Made by a program: the position numbers and the translations under genes | In this document: positions 1 through 7,527 of the stretch, in pieces | Layout of the letters: the number at the start of each line of letters is the position of its first letter | How positions within the stretch are numbered: position 1 is the first letter of the stretch | Origin: a virus | Taxonomy: Duplodnaviria > Caudoviricetes | Length of the DNA: 58,052 nucleotides | Reading direction: 5' to 3' (one strand) | Virus record (IMG/VR): IMGVR_UViG_3300009503_000396 | Location: 1 to 58,052 of that record | The notes under the pieces: generated by a model | The model's input: the letters and a program-made list of their open reading frames with translations, nothing else | Database searches by the model: none | Told to the model about the DNA's origin: nothing

Positions 1-2
1 AA

Positions 3-71
3 GCAGACACATTCAAGAAGGCAACAGAAATACTAGCACCCTTTGTCCTCCAGGAAGAACTGTCCAAGTGA
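3..71 (+). CDS. 3' end of a hypothetical protein (partial)
   Basis: Open frame ADTFKKATEILAPFVLQEELSK ending TGA 69-71. Confidence 0.55.
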   Translation, partial: ADTFKKATEILAPFVLQEELSK

Positions 72-81
72 GGGGAGAGAG

Positions 82-210
82 GTGAGTAAAGTCTACTACT
101 GTCGTGTGTGTATGAAAGTCTCAAAGACAAAGAAATGTGAGACATGTGGAGGAGAATGCGAGGAGTTTACAATCCCGGAAGATATAACTCTTGGTGTCAT
201 TGCTGTCTGA
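82..210 (+). CDS. small zinc-ribbon protein (42 aa)
   Basis: Manual translation MSKVYYCRVCMKVSKTKKCETCGGECEEF...; two CxxC pairs; purine-rich SD upstream. Confidence 0.6.
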   Translation: MSKVYYCRVCMKVSKTKKCETCGGECEEFTIPEDITLGVIAV

Positions 211-231
211 CAGTCAGTACAGAAGAGGACA

Positions 232-393
232 ATGAGAGTACCAAAACTATGCAAAGTCTGGTTTGAAGGCCCTTGTGGCAGAAAGATATGCTGTAGATAC
301 TGTGAGAAGAAAGACTGTGAGGTACGATGCTACAGAGCTAAAAGAAGCAAGTGCAATCTACGTATATCTCTATGGGACATGTTGACTGCTTAG
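232..393 (+). CDS. Cys-rich CCxxC-family protein, copy 1
   Basis: Manual translation MRVPKLCKVWFEGPCGRKICCRYCEKKDCEVRC...CNLRISLWDMLTA; aligns with 490 and 675 ORFs. Confidence 0.7.
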   Translation: MRVPKLCKVWFEGPCGRKICCRYCEKKDCEVRCYRAKRSKCNLRISLWDMLTA

Positions 394-489
394 ACCAATC
401 TGGAGTGCTACTGCCAAAAGAAGGAGGAATACAACACAAAGAATATAAGTCAGGAGTGGAAAAGACATAGTAAGAACGCAAGGTGCTAA

Positions 490-678
490 ATGATGGAGAA
501 CGTACCGGGAGATGCTGCATCGTCTAGGACAGTAAAGAGATATTGTGCAGTATGGTTTCTGACTGAATGTGGTAAGAGACTTTGTTGTCACTTCTGTGAG
601 AACAAGAAACTATGTGGCAAGTGTAATGCTAAATACGTCACTTGTCCTCAACGTGTATATGTCTGGGATGTGATGTGA
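490..678 (+). CDS. Cys-rich CCxxC-family protein, copy 2
   Basis: KRYCAVWF..CGKRLCCHFC..C..C..CPQRVYVWDV. Confidence 0.7.
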   Translation: MMENVPGDAASSRTVKRYCAVWFLTECGKRLCCHFCENKKLCGKCNAKYVTCPQRVYVWDVM

Positions 679-848
679 CACAACAAGGAAGAAATGTCCT
701 CAAGAGGTATTGTAGAAAATGGCCGTACTGTCCTATTGGTAAGCATGTGTGTTGTTACTTCTGCAAAGAGGAATGTGACGTTAGATGCCTATCAGTTGAA
801 GACTGGAGAACATGTGAACAACGTTGCAAGTTATGGAATGTATTGTGA
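675..848 (+). CDS. Cys-rich CCxxC-family protein, copy 3
   Basis: GTG 675 overlaps the previous TGA; KRYCRKW..GKHVCCYFC..CDVRC..CEQRCKLWNV. Confidence 0.7.
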   Translation: MTQQGRNVLKRYCRKWPYCPIGKHVCCYFCKEECDVRCLSVEDWRTCEQRCKLWNVL

Positions 849-971
849 AAGACAAGTTGGAAAGAAGAGGGAAGGAAAGAAAATGGTAACTATATCTACT
901 TACTATCTATGTCCTCTGTCTGTCAAAAGGAGGAAGTGTGTGAACACTAGAAGACACTTGGAAGTGTCCAT

Positions 972-1220
972 GTGGAGATGATAGCACAAATACCAGCAAT
1001 AATTGTTCTCCTTCTGTTTGACACAATAGCTTTCTTGTTTGTTGGTTGGAGTATGATAGGGAAATTAGTAAAGGTGATAAGAAGGAAACTCAACAAGTCC
1101 ACAGAATCCAAAACAAAACAAGTAGTAGTTGCATGTCCAGTTCCATTGAGGAGAACAGAATATATGTATGGAGAGTGTGATGCAGAACTGGATGCTCAAG
1201 ACGAAGAGGAAGGTGTATGA
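972..1220 (+). CDS. small single-pass membrane protein
   Basis: N-terminal hydrophobic stretch, basic segment, acidic tail. Confidence 0.6.
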   Translation: MEMIAQIPAIIVLLLFDTIAFLFVGWSMIGKLVKVIRRKLNKSTESKTKQVVVACPVPLRRTEYMYGECDAELDAQDEEEGV

Positions 1221-1402
1221 CAAAGAGACTTAAAGAACAAGAGTGGTTAGTCTATCGCATGCAATACAACCATTGTTGTATCTGTTGTAAACATCTTCTT
1301 AAGAACACATGCCCAAAAGGTATAGATTATCCTAGAGTAATGGGATTCAGTAAACGTTATCCTCTCTGGAGAATAGGAAGTGCATGTGAATGCTGGTGTT
1401 AA
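1217..1402 (+). CDS. Cys-rich hypothetical protein
   Basis: CCICC..C..CECWC; ATGA overlap with upstream gene. Confidence 0.55.
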   Translation: MTKRLKEQEWLVYRMQYNHCCICCKHLLKNTCPKGIDYPRVMGFSKRYPLWRIGSACECWC

Positions 1403-1668
1403 ACCTAAGAGATGACAGAGTGATGGATAAGATAGAGTCTCTAAATGACATCTATCTAAAACTCTTTGGTCAGAAGAGAATTTGTGTCGCTTGTGGAGAG
1501 ACTTTCTATTGTATTGGTAGATGTGAAAAAGACTTTGGTGATAGAACACAACAGATTGACTTGTGCATGTGTAAGAGATGTTTAGTAGGTCAACTGAGAA
1601 AGGACAAGAGAGCATACATCAACAAACGTCTCAGGTGTTATACGTTCTTTAGTGAGGATAGAAAATGA
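1390..1668 (+). CDS. Cys-rich hypothetical protein
   Basis: CVACGETFYCIGRC...CMCKRC. Confidence 0.55.
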   Translation: MLVLNLRDDRVMDKIESLNDIYLKLFGQKRICVACGETFYCIGRCEKDFGDRTQQIDLCMCKRCLVGQLRKDKRAYINKRLRCYTFFSEDRK

Positions 1669-2270
1669 AAGAGTTTCATTTCAGTAAAGGGAACAGGAAG
1701 ATAACAAACAACGTTCTTATCTGGAATCTTCCAGCAATCAGCACTTGCCCTGGAAGTTCAACTGAGTGTAGAAAGTTCTGTTATGCCCTAAAGGCAGAAC
1801 GGTATCCCTCTTGCTTAGCCTCACGGAAGAAGAATCTGGAATTCTCTAAAAGAGAAGACTTTGTAGAACGTATAGTCGAATACTTAAAGAAACGGAAAGA
1901 GACAACAATTAGAGTTCATGAATCAGGGGACTTCTATTGTCCTTCATACTTCTACAAATGGTGTGAAATAGCAAGACAACTACCAGAGAAGACTTTCTAT
2001 GCTTATACCAAGTCATACTTCTTCAACAACTTCTGGGACAATGTACCAAGTAACTTCAAATTAATCCAGAGTGTAGAATCTAGGTTTCCAAACAAAGTTG
2101 ACTGGTCAAGGAGTACAGCTAGAGTGATACTTAGTCCAACAGAGAGGAAGCCAAATGAGTTCATCTGTCCAGAACAATTGGCAAAGAAGAAAGGAAGAAA
2201 GTTAAAGTGCATGGAAGAATGTAAACTTTGTCTGAGGGACAATATCCATGTTTGTTTCCTCAAGCACTAA
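1665..2270 (+). CDS. GP88-family (phage gene product 88) Fe-S/radical-SAM-like protein
   Basis: Motifs KGNxK, WNLPA..TCPG...C...CYA, IRVHESGDF, FYAYTKS and C-terminal CP..C..C..C. Confidence 0.8.
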   Translation: MKEFHFSKGNRKITNNVLIWNLPAISTCPGSSTECRKFCYALKAERYPSCLASRKKNLEFSKREDFVERIVEYLKKRKETTIRVHESGDFYCPSYFYKWCEIARQLPEKTFYAYTKSYFFNNFWDNVPSNFKLIQSVESRFPNKVDWSRSTARVILSPTERKPNEFICPEQLAKKKGRKLKCMEECKLCLRDNIHVCFLKH

Positions 2271-2286
2271 GACAAGAGGCAAGAAC

Positions 2287-2553
2287 ATGGAGACATACCT
2301 CTGGAGAAAGTTAGTCCCTAAAAAGGATATCTGTACAATCAAATGCCTTACTTGTTGTTGGGAATGTTCTTACTTGGACAAATGTGTATTTGAATCAGGA
2401 GGAATATGTTGTCTCTCACCATTCCATAAAGTGTGTCTTCATGCAGTAAAAGTATATCTACAAACATTCTATGGTTTGACAGAGCTAGAAGCATTCAGAT
2501 TAGCTTTAGAAGCCAAAGAAGGAAGGAGGATACATTATGACAAGAAGATGTGA
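2287..2553 (+). CDS. Cys-rich CCxxC-family protein (divergent)
   Basis: CTIKCLTCCWEC..C..CC..C. Confidence 0.6.
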   Translation: METYLWRKLVPKKDICTIKCLTCCWECSYLDKCVFESGGICCLSPFHKVCLHAVKVYLQTFYGLTELEAFRLALEAKEGRRIHYDKKM

Positions 2554-2660
2554 CTGTTGTGGTAGGATAATACCACTAGGAAAACCACACGTAGCTCACT
2601 TTAGCTGTGGTGTTTCCAGATGACATTAAGGAAGAGAAATAAGAAGACAGATGAGGAAAT

Positions 2661-2864
2661 GTGGAGAGAGATCTTGGCCTCTGGCAAGCATGTGATATCC
2701 TTACTTGTCCAATGAACAGAGGAGGATGGTGTAAGAATCCTACGTACTACAAATACTTCCCAGTAGGAGGAGTAGTTATGATTTGTACTGTTACAATGGA
2801 AGGAATAGTAAAGAGAGTGGAGAAAGAAGAAAATGGTTGGATAGAGGAGTTGGAGTTGAAATGA
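2661..2864 (+). CDS. hypothetical protein
   Basis: ORF track; four Cys; start uncertain. Confidence 0.45.
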   Translation: MERDLGLWQACDILTCPMNRGGWCKNPTYYKYFPVGGVVMICTVTMEGIVKRVEKEENGWIEELELK

Positions 2865-3061
2865 CAACATACTGTTTCTGGAAAGTACTCACACGTATCT
2901 TCAGTTCACCAACTTACAAGTGTATCAAGTGTTGTGCCATATGCAAAAAGAAGTGCAAGGACTGTCATTGGACTAAAGGATGCTACTTACGTCTTTCAGA
3001 GACAGAATATCTCATTCTTAGAGTTAGTTTGTCCACTTTGACAGTCCTGCGGATGCATTAG
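2861..3061 (+). CDS. Cys-rich CCxxC-family protein
   Basis: MTTYC..KCIKCCAICKKKCKDCHWTKGCYLRLS; ATGA overlap. Confidence 0.65.
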   Translation: MTTYCFWKVLTRIFSSPTYKCIKCCAICKKKCKDCHWTKGCYLRLSETEYLILRVSLSTLTVLRMH

Positions 3062-3087
3062 AATATTTACAGTCTCTGAGGAGAAGA

Positions 3088-3327
3088 ATGGAACAAAAGT
3101 ATTGTCTCATAAAAGTAAGTGACCCTTCACACTACGTCATGAAAGATGGAAAGCCTTGCATTAGGTGTTGTTATGGTTGTCCAGACATTGACAGTTGCCA
3201 TTGGAAGGGTTTGTGTCACTTGAGAGAAACATGTCTCTTACGTATTTCAGCGAGAGAAATGGTTTTGTGTCGTATTGATCCAGCATACAAAGAAATCATA
3301 ATCGCAAGGAGAGTAAAACTTCTCTAG
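3088..3327 (+). CDS. Cys-rich CCxxC-family protein
   Basis: KYC..PCIRCCYGC..SCHWKGLC..CLLRIS; paralogue of 2861 ORF. Confidence 0.65.
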   Translation: MEQKYCLIKVSDPSHYVMKDGKPCIRCCYGCPDIDSCHWKGLCHLRETCLLRISAREMVLCRIDPAYKEIIIARRVKLL

Positions 3328-3337
3328 GTGTGAGAAG

Positions 3338-3718
3338 ATGAAGTACTCTCTTGTCTTTTCTCACATAGGAACACGTTCATTCTTAGTGAATAGGAGAACA
3401 ATCATTGAAAGGTATGCTGTTTGGCACATGTTTGTTGATGGAGAATTCTATGCCAATATACACTTAACATCTTCTTCTTATCTCCATGAATTGTTGAAAG
3501 AACTCTCTGACAAGGATGGAGCAATATCTTTTGACGAGGATGAGTGGAAACTAATCAAGTATTGTTTAGACCATACAAGGAAGTGGAAGATATTTGCAGA
3601 AGCAAGAGACACACTTAGAAAACAAGGAAGAGAAGCCATGTTCAATTACCTCAAAGAGAAATTAGCTGTTCATATACTTTCAGACAACTTGAAGGGAGTT
3701 AGATGGCAAAGAAACTAA
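3338..3718 (+). CDS. hypothetical protein
   Basis: 126-aa ORF in co-directional array. Confidence 0.6.
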   Translation: MKYSLVFSHIGTRSFLVNRRTIIERYAVWHMFVDGEFYANIHLTSSSYLHELLKELSDKDGAISFDEDEWKLIKYCLDHTRKWKIFAEARDTLRKQGREAMFNYLKEKLAVHILSDNLKGVRWQRN

Positions 3719-4008
3719 GAGACATACTCGACAAAGTTATAGACTCCATCCTTCTCATTGGCTATCCAATCTACCGTCTCAAGTGGAAGATAGTCTCTTG
3801 GAGAGAAGAACGTAAGCTATACAAGACAGAACAATGGAAGTTGATGTTGTATGGATATAAGACATGCATGTTTTATAGAGATTGGGGAGAGGGAAATGAA
3901 GTCTGCACAAGGAAGCTTGATAGTAAATTAAATTGTTTCTTTGGTAATGTACATTGTGACAAGTATAGATGTAAAGTTTATATCAATGACCCAATCAAAT
4001 GTTGGTAG
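3703..4008 (+). CDS. hypothetical protein, Cys-containing C-terminus
   Basis: ORF with SD GGGAG upstream. Confidence 0.55.
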   Translation: MAKKLRDILDKVIDSILLIGYPIYRLKWKIVSWREERKLYKTEQWKLMLYGYKTCMFYRDWGEGNEVCTRKLDSKLNCFFGNVHCDKYRCKVYINDPIKCW

Positions 4009-4017
4009 GTGAAATAC

Positions 4018-4233
4018 ATGCCTTCACATGGTTCATTGAGCAAGTCAGGGAAAGTACGAACACAACAACCTAAGCGATGGAGCGAACTTGGTCGAAAGAA
4101 TAGAAAAGGAGTACTAATGCATCACTACCACAAACACCTCTCTCCAAGACTTAGCACACGAAGAAGGTATGAGAAATATTTTGTCTTAAAGAGAAGGAAG
4201 GGACAAGTTTACAAATTTATGATACACAAGTGA
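4018..4233 (+). CDS. rps30e: 30S ribosomal protein S30e (eS30) homologue with an internal insertion
   Basis: MPSHGSLSKSGKVRTQQPK...PRLSTRRRYEK matches the archaeal eS30 signature MPxHGSLTKAGKVRxQTPK...PRxxNRxxYxKR; SD GGTGA 4008-4012 five nt before ATG 4018. Confidence 0.88.
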   Translation: MPSHGSLSKSGKVRTQQPKRWSELGRKNRKGVLMHHYHKHLSPRLSTRRRYEKYFVLKRRKGQVYKFMIHK

Positions 4234-4235
4234 AA

Positions 4236-4497
4236 GATGGAGGGTAAGTCTGAAGAACTTTTGTTGTCTGTGCAGACTTTTTACTTTCCCTTCATCCACG
4301 AGTGGGAGTTGACAAGTCTGTTGATGATTTTTCAGTCTATTAGACTAATCTACTTGTCAGCTCCCAAATTGGCCGATGAGAGTCTTAGAATAGGTTTCAA
4401 GTCTGTTAAGAGATTCAACTCTCATCGGCCAACTCCAAAGAAGTCGAGATGTCTTTCGAGTATCTTCAGTCTTTAAGGAAGTAGTTACCTCTTTCCT
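4236..4497 (+). ncRNA. candidate structured RNA: consecutive long hairpins downstream of eS30
   Basis: Stems 4236-4244/4288-4296, 4304-4317/4352-4365 and 4369-4383/4418-4432 (perfect 15 bp); mismatches are G-U on the + strand; further weak hairpin with UUCG loop at about 4446-4466. Confidence 0.6.
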
Positions 4498-4520
4498 CTC
4501 CTGCAAATTGATTCTTTAAC

Positions 4521-4534
4521 AGAAAATTTATAAG
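4521..4534 (+). promoter_or_regulatory. archaeal BRE/TATA promoter
   Basis: AGAAAA-TTTATAAG about 35 nt upstream of ATG 4570. Confidence 0.6.
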
Positions 4535-4569
4535 TCAGTAAAGTAACGTGTAGAGTAGGATGGAAGAGG

Positions 4570-4839
4570 ATGGAACCAATTCGTAGACACAAAGTCCGCT
4601 GTCTTATTTGCAAGAAAGAAGGTGTAGTAGAAATTCAAGGAGGAAAGATACTTACGAGTGGTTGGTACTATTATGGAAGGATGGACATGAATGCTTGTCA
4701 TACAAACAAGTATGTGTACCTCTTTACACCAGAAAACAAGAAGAACCCTTGGAGACGTATAAAGAACCCAGACTATGATCCTAATGTCAAGAGAAAATAT
4801 GTTGAGATATGGGAATGTCCAAAATGTGCAGAAGAATAA
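4570..4839 (+). CDS. zinc-ribbon-like hypothetical protein
   Basis: CLIC at N-terminus and WECPKC at C-terminus. Confidence 0.65.
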   Translation: MEPIRRHKVRCLICKKEGVVEIQGGKILTSGWYYYGRMDMNACHTNKYVYLFTPENKKNPWRRIKNPDYDPNVKRKYVEIWECPKCAEE

Positions 4840-4850
4840 AGCATGAAGAA

Positions 4851-4937
4851 CTCCGAGAGAAGGGTAAGCACGTGAGTCTAACATTTTTCTTCAGTCTCCG
4901 AGGTATGTTTACTCTCGTGCTTGCCCTCTAAACGGAG
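4851..4937 (+). other. intergenic bulge-helix-bulge (BHB) RNA motif closing a 70-nt hairpin (candidate EndA-processed intron/circular RNA)
   Basis: CUCCG-AGAG-[AAG]-GGUAAGCACG pairs with CGUGCUUGCC-CUCU-[AAA]-CGGAG: a 4-bp helix with 3-nt bulges on opposite strands. Confidence 0.6.
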
Positions 4938-4943
4938 GTTAAT

Positions 4944-5240
4944 GTGTTGAAAATTACAACTTTACGACCTCTTTGGAAACAGATAACCTTTGAAGAAAAT
5001 GAACCAGGGATCTGTTGGAATACATCAATGGCAGAAGAACGAATATTCTATGTGAGAGCTGGAGACAAGATGTGTGCTGTAGGAATGATACGGAGAGGAC
5101 GCAACTGGAATGACTATGGTGCAGAAGGAATGCACTGTGCAGATTGTCCATACTTCCTTCACAAGAAAGTAATGGGAAGAGCAGAGAAAGAACTACTGCA
5201 TGAATTGGAGGAGACTTTGAAGAGAAGAATAAAGGTGTAG
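4944..5240 (+). CDS. hypothetical protein
   Basis: SD GGAGG 4934-4938; C..C..CADCPY. Confidence 0.6.
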   Translation: MLKITTLRPLWKQITFEENEPGICWNTSMAEERIFYVRAGDKMCAVGMIRRGRNWNDYGAEGMHCADCPYFLHKKVMGRAEKELLHELEETLKRRIKV

Positions 5241-5244
5241 ACGT

Positions 5245-5586
5245 ATGAGAGTAAAACTACGTATTAGCTTCCCCTATGGAGAAGTATTGTGGTGGAACAA
5301 AGATCACTATGAACGTATCACATCCGACAATATCCTTAGGTGTTTGTTGGACTTCACAGAAGTAAGAGCATTCAATTGTGTCTTCAACTATAAAGACCAT
5401 ACATTCACAGTTACAGCAGACTTGTCTCCTCTGACAGAAAAACAGTTAATCGATAGCTTCAGAGAAGCATTTGCTAAACTATTCAAGAAGAACCAAGTAA
5501 TGGTTACTGTATTAGAAAGACACTTGAGCAAGAAGGAGACAGAGCAAGTAGTCACTGCTTTAATGATGGAGAAGTTGGAGGATTAG
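5245..5586 (+). CDS. hypothetical protein
   Basis: 113-aa ORF in array. Confidence 0.6.
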   Translation: MRVKLRISFPYGEVLWWNKDHYERITSDNILRCLLDFTEVRAFNCVFNYKDHTFTVTADLSPLTEKQLIDSFREAFAKLFKKNQVMVTVLERHLSKKETEQVVTALMMEKLED

Positions 5587-5588
5587 CT

Positions 5589-5978
5589 ATGGAAGCGAAA
5601 TACTTACTTCGTTCTGCACCAAATGGTAGATTCTACTTGTTGGAGAAGAGCAATGGAGAATATGTCTCAATAGGTATGTTGTTGACTGAATATCCCATAG
5701 ACAAAGAACTCACACTTGCATTGGCTAACAAGGTGAAGAAGTTCCAAGTACTGCTCCGAAATGAAGGTGATATCATTTATATCTTGCCAGACAAGTTTGG
5801 AGACTTGTTGAAGATACACATCAAAGTCTATGGAAGGTTGCAGTCATTTGGAGAGAAGTTAAGATACATTGAGAGACTTCAGTTCTTTACACTCTTAGAA
5901 GAGGAGAACTATGAAGAACTCATACGAAGACTTGAACTCTTATATCTTGGAACAGTTGTGGAGGGAGAACACAAGTGA
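5589..5978 (+). CDS. hypothetical protein
   Basis: 129-aa ORF in array. Confidence 0.6.
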   Translation: MEAKYLLRSAPNGRFYLLEKSNGEYVSIGMLLTEYPIDKELTLALANKVKKFQVLLRNEGDIIYILPDKFGDLLKIHIKVYGRLQSFGEKLRYIERLQFFTLLEEENYEELIRRLELLYLGTVVEGEHK

Positions 5979-6298
5979 AGGTGTCAAATAGTACACGACA
6001 ATGGTATTTAACGAACATCATGGACGTATTGGAGAAGCATAGACAAGCAAATGTGAGAGTCATAAGTATGGAACTCACTAAGCTTGGTGGTAAGAAGTAT
6101 CCAGCAAATGAAGGACGGATAACTAATTATCTCAGACAACTGAGGAAGATGGGATATGTGGATTACTGTCGTAAGAATACAAAGCATAGAATAAGACTTA
6201 AACTACCCTCACATGAAGGAGTGTGGATGTTCAAAAAGAAATGGAAGGAAGGAGGTGAGTTGGATGGGGAGACAAGGACTCTCAGACAAAGCACGTAA
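5975..6298 (+). CDS. winged helix-turn-helix protein, paralogue 1
   Basis: WY..IMDVL...YP...GRITNYLRQLRKMGYV...W. Confidence 0.65.
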   Translation: MKVSNSTRQWYLTNIMDVLEKHRQANVRVISMELTKLGGKKYPANEGRITNYLRQLRKMGYVDYCRKNTKHRIRLKLPSHEGVWMFKKKWKEGGELDGETRTLRQST

Positions 6299-6524
6299 GT
6301 GGTATACAGAACAAATCCTAAATGTTTTGAGAGGACAAGAACATGGTGTGACTACTGCAGAGATTATCTTCTCTCTCAAGAAGCTATCCCAACAACGTTA
6401 TCCATTGCAGAAAGGAAGAATAACAAGTCTTCTTAAAGAAATGAGGAACTATGGTCTGATAAGAGGAGAACGTCCAGAAGGAAGTCATGTAGTATTGTGG
6501 GAGTTGAATGGTAAACCAAAGTGA
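6264..6524 (+). CDS. winged helix-turn-helix protein, paralogue 2
   Basis: SD GGAGGTGA 6251-6258; WY..ILNVL...YP...GRITSLLKEMRNYGLI...W. Confidence 0.7.
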   Translation: MGRQGLSDKARKWYTEQILNVLRGQEHGVTTAEIIFSLKKLSQQRYPLQKGRITSLLKEMRNYGLIRGERPEGSHVVLWELNGKPK

Positions 6525-6711
6525 ACCTAGAAAGAGAAATGGACAGAGCAGGCTAAAGAAACGTACTCTCAAACTCATCTCTTCTACATTACAGAATACT
6601 GGATGGTTGACGTTGATGTACTTTCTTTGGATAGCATACAATCCAATTGGAATTGCTCTGTCTATCATATGCCTCTTTTCCAGTGACTATATCTCGTTGC
6701 TAGGTGATTAG
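6508..6711 (+). CDS. small two-helix membrane protein
   Basis: Two hydrophobic segments. Confidence 0.5.
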   Translation: MVNQSEPRKRNGQSRLKKRTLKLISSTLQNTGWLTLMYFLWIAYNPIGIALSIICLFSSDYISLLGD

Positions 6712-7204
6712 AACGTTGTCTCGTGTAGGGAGAAATTGTTGGAAGTCAAGGGAACCTTTCTGTTTCTCACTTGAGGAAGAAGTGACCAATGTGAAAGACT
6801 TTGCTACTCTTTTGTATCACTATCTGAAGACAATACGACTACCATTTCATTATGAACGTATAGAAGTATACTTCGAAGGAGAGTATGTTGACAATGACTT
6901 CCGAAGACACTGGGAGACAGGCATTATCTTGATCTACTTGAAGAAGCCTTGGAGAGTCAAATTGGACATACGCTATGACAAGTTTACTAGTCCATATGTC
7001 ATAAAAATAGAGTTCAGTGAAGGAAGTAAGTGTCTAAAAGTATGGAATGAGGAGAGAGACATGGACTATTATTGGAGAATGCCTCTTGAACAAATAGAGA
7101 AATTCTACAACATAATGAAGAAGTTTGCTGCTAAAGACTTCTTGGAGATGGCACTCTATGAATGTTCTAAAAGAAGAAACAGAGTGGAAGAAGATACTGT
7201 TTAG
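6704..7204 (+). CDS. hypothetical protein
   Basis: 166-aa ORF. Confidence 0.6.
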   Translation: MIRTLSRVGRNCWKSREPFCFSLEEEVTNVKDFATLLYHYLKTIRLPFHYERIEVYFEGEYVDNDFRRHWETGIILIYLKKPWRVKLDIRYDKFTSPYVIKIEFSEGSKCLKVWNEERDMDYYWRMPLEQIEKFYNIMKKFAAKDFLEMALYECSKRRNRVEEDTV

Positions 7205-7349
7205 TCCCGAAGAATGCAAATACTATTACCATGGTCTGTGTGTTCTTAAGCTAATAGAAGATAATGTTCCCAATCTTGCTCATTATGTCTGTAGGAGAGT
7301 GTGTGAGAGATTTGCACATAAGAGTGAAGTTAGTGAACAAAATACGTAG
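7158..7349 (+). CDS. small Cys4 protein, paralogue 1
   Basis: WKKILFSPEECKYY..GLCVLKL...CRRVCERF. Confidence 0.6.
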   Translation: MNVLKEETEWKKILFSPEECKYYYHGLCVLKLIEDNVPNLAHYVCRRVCERFAHKSEVSEQNT

Positions 7350-7527
7350 AGAAGAGGAGAAGTTGTGGAACAAGATACTATACAACCCAGACAAGTGTAG
7401 ATACTACATCGAAGGCAAGTGCTTTCTTAAGCTAAGAGGTTATTGGACTATTCATCGTCTAAGAGACTTCGACTGCAAAGGCTTGTGTGAGATGTTTCAA
7501 CATGTCAGGGAAGAAAGAACAACCTAG
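7333..7527 (+). CDS. small Cys4 protein, paralogue 2
   Basis: WNKILYNPDKCRYY..GKCFLKL...CKGLCEMF. Confidence 0.6.
   Translation: MNKIRREEEKLWNKILYNPDKCRYYIEGKCFLKLRGYWTIHRLRDFDCKGLCEMFQHVREERTT

Noticed and set aside
2579-2617. Short hairpin GGAAAACCAC...GTGGTGTTTCC as a second BHB
   Set aside because: Bulge sizes are not canonical and splicing gives no convincing ORF
4076-4126. BHB intron explaining the eS30 insertion
   Set aside because: No outer helix, and the implied 44-nt excision would shift the frame
4228-4262. Hammerhead ribozyme (GAAA ... CUGAAGA)
   Set aside because: Only 14 nt between the boxes, too short to form stems I and III
4371-4431. tRNA-like look of hairpin 3 (GGCCGAU/AUCGGCC-A, GAGA-UUCAAC-UCUC)
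   Set aside because: Only 61 nt with no proper D and anticodon arms; the 15-bp straight stem explains the pairing better
4236-4432. CRISPR-like ~66-nt periodicity
   Set aside because: The units are different inverted repeats, not direct repeats with spacers; no cas genes seen
4237-4476. 79-aa ORF after eS30
   Set aside because: No SD or recognisable motif, and it coincides exactly with the hairpin array; more likely non-coding
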